A DNA stretch of 64,000 nt, taken from the human T2T-CHM13v2.0 reference genome, Homo sapiens. Below the pieces are notes generated by a model that saw nothing but the letters and a program-made list of their open reading frames with translations, had not been told where the DNA came from and did no database searches. Within the stretch, counting starts at the first letter, position 1. Each line of letters begins with the position of its first letter. The DNA lies in NCBI RefSeq assembly GCF_009914755.1, contig NC_060934.1; one strand, written 5' to 3'. The position numbers and the translations under genes are program-made. This document shows positions 12,299 through 23,909 of the stretch, one piece after another.

Positions 12299-14349
12299 AG
12301 CCCAATGCCCTTTTACTTTCATTTTCTTATTAAAAAAAAAAAAAAAACTCATGTAAGTAAGCCCACTCCTTCTTTGCCTCTTCCTTCCTAGTGTGGCCAC
12401 AGAATTTCCTAGTTTAGCCTTTAGACTGCTGTAAACCATTTCTTCATTTGTAAATCAGCTATGGCAATTGCTGTTTGAGCTATCGTGTTTGGAATTCTCA
12501 AGGATTTGTCTAATGGCTACTTCCAGGCTCCCCTTGAAACAGGTGGAGAAAATTCCTTTATTGGTTGGACATGGAGGAATGGGCTAAGGTAGAAATGTCC
12601 TAGATCTGTAATTCAACCTGCCAAACATTGATGGAAAGACAAGGAAGGAATTGGAGTCGGGGAAGGAATCTGGGCTAACAGGCGAAATAAACAACGTATC
12701 CAGGTGGAAAAAGTCCTTTGGCATGGGTAGCACAAGACAGACCATAGGGGGCAGTCCTGCACCCAAACCGTGAGAGGGTCTTGCTGGGGCATGGTGGTTA
12801 CACACAGGATGGCAGGTATGGAGATATTCAGACTTTCAGAAAACTTGCCAGTGCCAGGCTGGCCACAGACTCCAAGGCAGTTTTAGGGTTAGGCCTCCAG
12901 TCTTGGGGTATGAGTGGGGATTACTCTCTTGAGCATAAACAGCTCTAGCTCCAGGGGAGCAGAGCTGGGTTGAGAATCAACCCTTAGGAACAAGGCAGAA
13001 ATCCAGTTACTAGAAATGAACCAGCAGCAGATGTAACCTAAACTCAGCCCATGTGAGGGGTCGGGGCTGTTTAAATGCCCCAGTCTCAAATCTAGACTGG
13101 TGTGTGAATGAGGAGAAGAAAAGGCAGGCTGAGGGAGGCTAGGCATTCCCTCATCCAGTGTTTCTTCTTGCTTGAGTGTGGCTGTTACTTAAAGGCTTGA
13201 CTACTTGGAAAGGATATCAGAGCCAACAGGAGAAGGACCACACTTCTTACTTGTATGTGAAATCCTTGCAGGAAAGGCATACATGGGGGAAGCTGCATGG
13301 ATTTCAGACTCTGTGCTACCTGCTGCGGCATGGTTAAGTCTGACGAGGGGCTTCACTGCTTTAACCGCCACCTCACCTCCTCCCACCACCGCTGTCACCC
13401 GTGGTTGTGGGTGCTTCACAGTCTGCTCGCTCTTTAGGCTTCTCCAGTTTAGTGCCTAAAAGGCAGCCCCTCACTCCTTGTTCACAGATGGAAAAACAGG
13501 ATCCAGGAAGTCTGATGATTTGCACAGGGTAACACACAGAATAAAGTGGGGCCCCACCTTTTTTCTACTATGCCACCGAAGCACCCCTAAACTTAGAAAT
13601 TGGAAATCAAAAAATAGAAAGGATATTTCATTTTTGGAGGAGTGAGTGAAACCACAGAAGGTCCTGAGACCTATGTGGTCTACTTCTCAGTGGAATGAAG
13701 GCAGTGTTTTAGCAGGGACCAGAAAGGTGCACAGTAGACCTTCTACAGATAATAGTGGAATAAATAGATACATAAATACAATTTATCTCATTAAATAAAT
13801 AAGAAAATATGCGATTGGCTAAAGGCCAAATTCTCTGTGTCCTTGTTCATCTCCACTAATTCAAAGCATGCCCACCTGCTTGATGTGAAGCTCATGTAAG
13901 CTGGGTCCCCATCAGTTTTTGACATTTGACTCACCTAGAATCTACATACTTATTGCCTATATCACAGTTGACCCACGTGCTTCTTCCCCACAGACCTCAG
14001 AGGGATCCAGGTTGCCATGTCTACGGCCACTACATATGGCCTCATCCTCCCCAGTGGTGGATTCCCTGGCTGTTTTTTATGATGGCCTCCCTGTGTCCGG
14101 CCCTGGCTCCCCAACTGCTACCAGCCCTTCATGCCTGGGTTTGTTCTACCTACTTCATCAGGGACCTCAATGCAATTGGGAGAAACCCACAGGGAATAGG
14201 ATCTTCGCCAACCACCATGGTTTAGGCCATCAATGTCTAAGCAAGACTCTGCAAGGAATTAAGTGTGCTCAGTGGAACCTTCTGGGCAGCCAAGGAGTTC
14301 TCAGAGCATGCAAAAGAAAAAAAATGAAAGAAAGAAAAGAATAGAAACA

Positions 14350-15190
<841 letters not shown>

Positions 15191-15231
15191 TTTGAGGCCA
15201 TGGCACCACGCTTTGAGAAAGTGAATGGAAC

Positions 15232-15405
15232 AGTGTTTGGCTTGGGAGCCGACGGCTGCATTTGAATGTCACTGCTTCACTTCCTTCAGCAAGTTACCTA
15301 ACTTATTCTTATGCCCATTCCCTTCTGTGAAATGGAGAGCATCATAATAGCCTAACCCTTAAGGCTTTTTGCAGAGATTGAGTAAGTTAATACATGTCAC
15401 TTATG
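15232..15405 (+). mobile_element. MIR SINE
   Basis: cagcaagttacctaac..tctgtgaaatggag..gagattgagtaagttaatacatgt. Confidence 0.7.
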
Positions 15406-15599
15406 GGGATGTGGCAGGGGCAGAGCTGGGGAGAGAAGCCGACCTTAGCCTCCCAGCCTCACACAATACCAATCACAGAGCTGCTGCAGCCCAGGAGGCC
15501 TGGCCTATTCTTAGCCCCATTGTACAGAGAAAGCTATCAGGGCAAAGAAAGGTGAAGGAAATTTTCCAAGGTCATTCAACTTTCTCAGAAAGATTTTCC

Positions 15600-15700
15600 A
15601 ACCTGGTGGAGAACCACAGAGCTGTCACATGGTTGAAGGAGCTGGGGATGCTCCCCTCAGAGAAGAGAAGACTCTGGAGGCCATGGGCCCTGAGTCCCAG
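15600..15700 (+). mobile_element. CR1/L3 LINE fragment
   Basis: ggttgaaggagctggggatgctcccctcagagaagagaagact resembles the CR1/L3 motif gagctggggatgtttagcctggagaagagaagact. Confidence 0.55.
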
Positions 15701-16584
15701 CCAGGAGGTAACACCCCGGCAGGGAGCTACAGAGAGGGGCATTCAGTTTGATATGAGGGTAGTGGAGTAAATGTTTGCATTTTACACCATTACTGTCTAC
15801 TTTCTCTAGCATTTCCCCTTTCCTTCTCAGCTTCCATTTTGGAGAGTGATGGGGAATGGCCTTCCCTGATTTTTGTGTTTCCAAAAACATGAGTTTGTTA
15901 TGAAACAATATCCTGTACCTCTGAGAGAAGGATCATCACCATTAGGAAGGGAGGAACTTCTTCCAGAGGCTGGAAAAAACTTGGGGTGGTGAGGTGGGTG
16001 TTGGAGGGGTCAAGTGTGGAAGAGAGATGAGATTACATGAGGAAAGAGGAGATGCCCCACTTCTCGAGCAGGCTATGGTGGAGCCTCCAGGAGGCAGGGA
16101 GGCCCTGGGGAGTCACTGACTGTTTGACGGCCTCCCCATTGAGAGTCTCACCAGGCTTCCAGTGCCCCAGCACACCCCTCAAAGACACAGGCAGGCTCCT
16201 GTGACCACCCCACCACCCGCCTAGGAATGGCATAGGTGGGCTGGTGCCAGCTCGGGATCTGCAGGAACCACAGCTGCGGGGACGAGGAGGCTCAAGTAGA
16301 GAGCCTGGGACCCAAGGTCAAGGATCAGATGACACTTTGCTCATCTTGGTAGACAACTGAGTGGACAGAGGACTCAAGAGCCAGGTGCTTTCTCTACCTA
16401 AGTCCCCTCTAGAACATACTCACATCCCTGGGGATGAAAGGGGGGATCACAATGAACTGAATTCAATTTTTCCCTACCTTCAGTAACATGAGATTTTCTA
16501 ATACAAATTAAGTAGAATTGGGTTGTAGATTGAGTGTGCCTCTATTTTGGGGAAATTCTTTCCCCTACTAGGTAGAGGCACTAA

Positions 16585-16655
16585 ATGTAGACGGTCCCGT
16601 CACTGGAATGTTCCAGCAGGGACTGGATAAACCTTTGGTGAGGATGCCTAGAATA
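16585..16655 (+). mobile_element. CR1/L3 LINE 3' fragment
   Basis: tcccgtcactggaatgttccagcaggggactggataaacc resembles L3 ccccgtcactggaggtgttcaagcagaggctggatgacc. Confidence 0.5.
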
Positions 16656-16899
16656 AATGGCCAAGCTGTCTAGAGACTGGCTCGTCGAGAGGCCGACTGC
16701 AGAAACTCCAGCAGGTAGGAAGATGACAGCCGCCAAGAGCAGTTCTGCCAAAACGTTCCTCCTGCAACCTAAACCTCGTGTTCAGTGATTCATTTCTGAG
16801 GGGAAAGAGTTGTAGGATATATGAGGCTAGTGGAGGGAGACAGGGGATTTGGGAGTAGGAAAAAGATAATGTCTTTTTTTGTTTTTGCTCTCTTTACTA

Positions 16900-17350
16900 A
16901 CTAGGTTATAAGAGATTTCATTTTGTAAATCATCACTTCTTGACTCTGTTCAGTCTCCTGTTTATCTCTTCTGTCATCATTTGTTTTTATTTTCAAATGA
17001 GTATAGTTTTCACTTCCAGATTTCTGGTTTTTTGTATGCTCCTGTTGTCGTTCATAATCTCTAATATTTGATTCACAACTTCCTATTCTTATTTTATGAA
17101 TATATTACTTCCTTTGTCTCTTTAGGAATTTTAAGGTGACCTATTTTAAAGTCCTTTTCAGATTACTTTATTATTATCATTTTTTCTGGAAATGAATTCT
17201 TCCATTTACTGGATTTGTTAATATTCATAGTATTATACTTTTTTGTTTGTTTTAACTTTTGGCTTTTGAGCCCATCTTGCTTTGGGTTTTATTTTTGTGG
17301 TTGTTACTTTAAATATTTTCTTTGCAAATTATCTTGTTATTGTATGGTGG
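16900..17350 (-). mobile_element. Ancient L1M/HAL1 fragment
   Basis: T-rich tract with ttttcacttccaga and ttttaaagtccttttcagatt, typical of the antisense L1 ORF1 region. Confidence 0.5.
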
Positions 17351-19227
17351 CTTTCCAGATTCGGCCAGGCTTCCTGTGGTCTACATCTCAGAACAAAGTC
17401 TTGTAGAAGGATTCAGGGATCTTTCCCCTTGGGAACTGCCAGTCTTGGTCCCTGAACCTGTGAGTGGCAGTAAGAAGCACCAAGTTGTATGACTCCAGGG
17501 GCACTATTTACATGAAGTATGATGTTAAGATAGCACCTTAAAAGTGTGCAATAAGGTGGCCCTGATGCTGGCCCATTTCCAATCTTGATATTTATTTTCT
17601 ATTGCCTTTCACTCCTTGCAGGTACCACTATCTAAGGCTCAGAGAATGTAAATCACTTGCTTAAGGAAATTCAGTGAAGAATGGCCCAAAGCTCATACAT
17701 TTTCCTGCTACACTGCTGTACCCCAGCTGGGCCCTTGAAGATTGGCATTCTCGAATCAAATGAAAATGGATTCCTCACATTTTTCCATGTGTGTGTGGAT
17801 GTTTATGGGAAGAGGTGTTGGTGAGAAGAGACTGGTTGGGGCCAGACTGCCTCCAGATTGCCCCATGTCTGCTATAATGGCTGGACTGGCTGAGTCCTCA
17901 GCGGATGCCAGAGACTGGGCTGTGCGTGTGCACAGGCAGACCTATCTGTGATTCTTGCAGTTCATTCTACACTACAGAGATTGATAGAGGTCGCTCTCCT
18001 TCACTTAGAACTCTCTGGATTTTAAACAGTCCCGAGGTTGTGTTACATTGTTATTGGATGTGATTTTCCAAAACCACGCTTCACTTTGAGTTTGCATCAT
18101 GGTTGGGCAGCCTCCCCCACTACTTCAGAGGAAGAAGATGGAGACCAGATGAAGAGTTAGTAAATATACACATATAGCCTTTGCACATTTCCTCTCTGAT
18201 TTTTGGCCTCATGGGTTCAGTAATCCTGGAAATATTTGAACTTGGCACTGCAAATTCCAAGGGGCATTGGTTACTGGAGGCCAGTGCTTGAAGCCTCTCC
18301 TGCTAAAACCCCAACACCAAAGAAAATATCTCAAGGCTACCATGGGAACTCACTGCATGTTCAGCCAATCAGATCTTTGGGAGGAGGGTTCAAACCCTCT
18401 CCTTTGGCTAAGCCTGTCCGATGCAGTGGGAGAGCTGCCAGCCGGCTTCCCCTGTGCCTAGCATGGAGCTCAGCACATGAATAGCTGTCAGCAACTGAAA
18501 GGAAAATAATTTGGCCATCAGAAGAGAACTAGCCACTGTCACTGTCCAAATGGTAAAGGGATAAACAGCAAAATGGTTCACCTCCAGTGGATCCACTTCC
18601 AAAAGATGACAATCTGCATGCACTTTGGGTTATGAAAGTAGGTAAAACTGCTTTTCTAAATGTTTCAGATCTGAAAAACTTCAGAGGTACTTGGTCAAGC
18701 AAGATTTTTCTTAATTTTAAAATCCTGGTATGTTTTAAGAGAAATGTGAGCCGCCTGTTTCTGATTCAGTTATACTTTATTTGTCAAAATACTCTTTTCT
18801 ATGAGGTGTTTGTTGTCCAAAAATCCATGTGAGCCCTCTTAGAAGTACGGCATTTTGAGACAGGGAATTGATTATGGTCAATTGTCCTCAGCCCCAACCC
18901 TGATCTTAGCTCCATTTCTCATCTTTCTGGAGGGATCTAAGTCTTAAAGAAGGCTGCCTGTCTCTTCCCTTTTTGGGAACTAGACAGATACTTTAAAAGA
19001 AGAAACTGTGGTTGGTTGTCCTCAGATCCCCAACCAAGTCTTAGAGGTTTGGCTAAAAATCCTGAACACCCTTCCCAGAGGAGAGTAAATAGAGCCTTGT
19101 AAAAATACAACATTTGTGTTCCTTTGACTTTATTAGGTTTATATACTTGCAGTGTAGCATTATAAATGAGTGTGTTGTTTTGTGGTTACCTCTGTTTGGT
19201 CTGCTGTAGAAGGGTCTGCATTCATTC

Positions 19228-19397
19228 TCATGATATCTAAAATGACAAATTATCCTTTTAAAAATATTTTAAAATTACATGCAGTGAAATGTACAGATCT
19301 TAAGTGTATAAACTGAGGAGTCTTGACAAACATATATACCTGCATAACCAACAATCTAAATCCAGATGGAGAGCATTTTCATCATCCCAGAAGGTTT
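19228..19397. repeat. Donor copy of a local 170-bp duplication (second copy at 24407-24567)
   Basis: Direct alignment: 13 substitutions and 2 indels (8 bp, 1 bp). Confidence 0.97.
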
Positions 19398-22300
19398 ACT
19401 TGTTCCCCTTCCAGTCAATTCCCTGCTGTTCTGGTTTCTGTCACCATGGTGGGCAGCTGCTAAGATGGCCTTAGTGATCCTTGTCTTGGCGTTCATACCC
19501 TGGTGCAATACCCTCCACCAGAGTTTGTGCAGTGCCAAGTAACTTGCTATCCCTTCTGAGGTTAGGTTATAAAGACACTGTGACTTCTGTCTTTCTCATC
19601 ATTTCTTTCACTCTCTTCTGGAGCTCCAGCTCTAGTGGAAGCCAACTGCCATGGGAGAGACCCATAAGAAGAGCTCCACATGGCAAAGAAGCGATGTCTC
19701 CAGTCAACAGCCACGTGAGTGAACTTGGGAGCACACAGTCCCCCAAGCAAGCCTTGAGATGACCACAGCCCCAGCCAACGCCTTGAAGTAGGCTTGCTGG
19801 AGATCTGAATCTGAAGCATCCAACTAAACTGTGCCTCGACTCCTGACTCAGAAACCTTGAGATAATACGTTTGCTATTTTAAGCCAAATAGTTTTGGCAT
19901 AATTTGTTATGCGAAAATAACTAATATAATTACCATAGATTAGTTTTGTCCTTGAATTTCAGAAAAATGAAATAATACAGTATATATTCTGTCATACCGG
20001 GTTTTATTTGTTTAACAGTATGTCTATAAGATTCATTCATGTTGACGTATGGGTCAGTAGTTCATTGTATGAATATAGGACAATTCTTCCATTTTCCTGT
20101 TGGTAAACATATGGGTTATTTCTAGTATTATGCTTTTTTGAATAAAGTTGAAAAAAGGTGCTATGAACATTCTTTTACAAGTCTTTCTATGAAACTATTT
20201 TTTCATTTTTTTAGGTAAATACCCATGAGTCCAATTGCTCAGCCACTGTTAGTTAATCTTAGAAGAAACTTCAAAATGGATTCCAAAGTGGCTATAACCC
20301 TTTTCAACTTCTTTTTCAAAGTGTTAAGATTTCCTTTTATTTACCTTTTCTCCTTTTTTGAGCTTCTTTAGGTAAAAACTTAGATCATTGATTTTTAATT
20401 CTTCCTTCTTTCTAATATTAGCATTTAAAGTTATAAATTGCTCACTAAGCATTGCTTAATTGCATTCCACAAATTTTGATATGTTGTGTTTTAAAGTGTC
20501 ATTTGGTTAAAAATATTTTCTAAATTCTAACTTTTCATTCTTCCCCAGAGGTAGATTATTTTGAAGTATACCTCTTGATTTTCATATATTTGAGATTTTT
20601 ATATTTATTGTTATTGATTTCTAATGTCACTGTAGTCAGAAAATATACTTTGTTATATTTTAATCATTTTAAATTTATTGAAGCATTTTATAGGCATTTA
20701 TAGACAGATATGATCTGTCTTGTGAATATTCCAAATGCACTTTAAAACAATGTATGTGCTGCAGTTTTTTGGTATAGTATTCTATGTACATGTAGTCTTA
20801 TAAATTATTTTAAAAGGGGTGTTAAAATCTCCAACTAAAATTGCACAGTTTTTTATTTCTCTATCTGTCAATTTTTGATTTATATATTTTGAACAATTTT
20901 AAGATGCATATTGTTTTGGAATTGTTATGCCTTATTAATGAGTTGATCCTTTTATTATTATAAAATTAGACCTCTGCAATCTCTGAAAATACTTTCTGCT
21001 TGAAGTCTCCTTTTTCTGATTTTAATATGCACATAACTGCTTTCTTATGTTTCCTGTTTTCATAATGCATCTTTCTTCTTCTTATTTTCAAACTCTCTGG
21101 TGCCTTTATATTTCAAGTCCATCTCTTGCAATCAACATATAGTTAGGTATATTTTCTTTTCCATTCTGGTAAGGTTTGCATAAATACTGAAGAATATATT
21201 ATTCTCTTATATTTACCCACATATGTACCATTTTTGCTACTCTCCACTCCCAAATACAAGTGTCTATCTGGTGTCATTTCCCTTCAGCCTGAAGAATATT
21301 TTTTTTTAGCAATTCTTATAAGACAACTCTGCTGATTACACATTCTATCAGTTTTCATTTATATGTAAATATCCTTCATTTAAAAAATAGCTCTATTGGT
21401 TGTAAAATTGTAGATTGACACTTCTTTTTTTTCACCAGAAGTTAAAAGGTGTTCCATTGCCTTCTGGTTTCCATAATTTACAAGACTAAATTTAGCCATA
21501 ATTTGAAACATTTTTCTCTAGATGTAACATGCCTTTTTTCTTTAATTGCTTTTAAGATTTTCACATTATCTTTAGTTTTTTGCATTTTGACAATGATATG
21601 ACTACATGTGGATTTCTTTGTATTTATCTTGCCTGTGGTTTGCTTAGCTTCTTAAAGCTGTATGTTTGCTTTTCACTAAATTTGAAAAAATAGAGGTATT
21701 ATTTCTTCAAATATATTTTTCTGCTACATTCTCTGTTCTATTTTTCTGGGATTCTAATTATACCTATGTTAGACTGGTTGGTATGATTCCACAGGTGACA
21801 GAGGAGCTGCTCTTATTTTTCAGGTTTTTTTCTCTTTGGATTTGAAAATGTCAATTGATCTGCATCACAGTCGCTAACTTATTCTTCAGCAGCCTTTTGT
21901 GAGCTGTTATTCCTATCAAATGAATTTCTCAATATCGACATTTTTCTTTTCATTTTTAGAACTCACATTTGTTTCGGTATGACCACATTTTTAACGGCTT
22001 TAACATATTTATCACAGCTACTTTAACAACTTTGCCTGTTATTCAACATCTGAACCACCTTGAATTCAATTTCTAGTGACTCCTTATTTGTCTCTATCAT
22101 GGGTCACATTTTTCTGCTTCTTTGATAAAGGGTCATATTTTCTAGCTTCTTCACATGTCTAATTTTTTTTTTTTACTGAATGTTAAACACTTTAGATGAC
22201 ATGTTATAGGGTATCCAAATTATGTCATTTTCCTCATAGGGCATTGAGTTTTGTTTGGCAGGCAATTCACTTGCCACTAGATCATTTTCTGTCTATCAGG

Positions 22301-23006
22301 CTTGGCTTCTGACTCTCTTAGGAAGGGTGTAAATGTAGTTTGTTTCCTTGTTTGTTGCTTGTTTGTTTAGATTTTTAACCTGGCTTCTTAACTTAGCCCT
22401 ACGGCAAGTCCTTTACTCTAGGGCTGTCCTTGCTCCTAGGCATGGCTTTTCTGGGGTGCCAGTGAATCTCTGATGCAGTCAGCTATTCCTGCCCTCCCAC
22501 TCAGCAGGAACTCAGGCATCTCCCAGCATTACACACCTTTGGTATTTCTATCAAGCTTTCAGCTCCATAGCACACGATCGCATCCAGGCCTTAGGACGTC
22601 TCACCTTGGCCATTTGTAGTCCATCCCTCACAAAAGACCTACAGAAAACTTGTGGAGACTTCTGGAGATCTCTTGGAAACTCCTTTTCTCTAGTACTCTA
22701 TCTCACAGATTCCGGCTGCTTCAGCAGCTTATGTCTCCCATACTTGGGATTTTTGCCTCCTCACTCAGTTCGTCATCCTCTGCTTGAGCTCTGCTTCCAC
22801 TTCCCTGTATGGCAGCTCGAAGCTGCCTCCAGGCAGAAAACCTCAGTGAAACTGAAGCTCACTTCACGTGATTCTTTTCTCTTCAAAATCACAAGCCTGT
22901 GTTTTCTGTATTCAGTACTTGAAAAGTCATCCAGTTTTATAGTTATTTTCCACAGAAGGACAAGTCTGGAGCCAGTTCCTCTGTGATGGCCAGAAGCATA
23001 AATCTG
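19256..23006 (-). mobile_element. Ancient L1ME-type LINE with both 5' and 3' ends and large internal deletions, interrupted by MLT1F
   Basis: 3' UTR motifs at 19256-19444 and 19934-20300; antisense ORF2-EN/ORF1 at 20320-22250; L1ME 5' end reverse motif (tccagttttatagttattt..ccagttcctctgtgatggccagaagc) at 22930-23006. Confidence 0.75.
19445..19928 (+). mobile_element. MaLR solo LTR, MLT1F-type, inserted in the L1
   Basis: tggtgggcagctgctaagatggcc start, aatttgttatgc..aactaatata end; degenerate TSD gtcac/attac; the L1 motif atcaccatagattagttttg is split by the LTR. Confidence 0.88.
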
Positions 23007-23139
23007 GACCAAACTTTAGTTTAAGGTCTCAATAATTTATTTTTTGTACAGCCATTTCTACCTGCCTTTCAGTTTTGGCTCCTTGACATTTGTTTTTGGG
23101 AGAAGTCACTTTCCAGCTCAAGCATAAGCTACTGAAGAG

Positions 23140-23290
23140 GTAGCTGATGCTGTGGAAAGAGCATTTAATTTGAACCTTAATTCAAATCCTAGCTCAGTCA
23201 CTTATAATCTCAGGACTTTGGACCAATTAATCACTCTAAGTTCCAGTTTTCTCATCCAAAAATTGAGGCAATAACAATAAAAATAATAAT
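23140..23290 (+). mobile_element. MIR SINE
   Basis: ttcaaatcctagctcagtcactt..cagttttctcatccaaaaattgagg. Confidence 0.7.
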
Positions 23291-23632
23291 AATGCTGATG
23301 CTGAGAGATAACCATAGCATGCTCACCCCGTACCAGGAATTTTTCTAAGTGCTTTAAACTTGCACATGCTTTGTGAGCATAGATTAATGCTCTGTTTAAG
23401 GGTCAAGCAGCACTGGGGATTGGGAAGAAGAAATTTAAGATTCTGGGACTCAGGTGGGGCCTGACAGCCCACCCCAGTGACAAATCTCTGTCTGAGTGCT
23501 ATCACTTGGTGTCCACTCCCTATCCTGGAGGTTTCATTTTGTTCCTACCAACAACTGGGGGATCATTAGCCTCCTCAAGCATGGGTGGCCAACTGACTCT
23601 TGGATGTTACTTGCCAGTTTCCTACTTGAATA

Positions 23633-23669
23633 TATTAGACCTATTAGACCTACAGTATTAGACCTATTA
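23633..23669. repeat. Interrupted 9-bp tandem repeat (tattagacc x3 plus partial)
   Basis: tattagacc tattagacc tacag tattagacc tatta. Confidence 0.9.
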
Positions 23670-23909
23670 CAAGTTCTCAAACATTTAAAGGGATTAAATG
23701 TTTGAATTATTACAAATTTGAAGTAAAGAAATTATTGAAGATAGGGCTTAATTAACTACTAATTTTCTGAGACACTGAATTTTTTTCCTGGTACTCAGCA
23801 GATAACAGTTTTCTTCACCAAGACTGTTGAATAAACTTTATATCAGTCAGTGTGGTCTAGGTTACATTTCAGTAACAAATAATCCCATATCTCGGAGATT
23901 TAACACAAC

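Noticed and set aside
17596-17626. Polypyrimidine-AG|GT recursive-splice-like sites (also about 43565-43586)
   Set aside because: The regenerated donors (gtacca, gtactt) are weak and there is no evidence of a host transcript.
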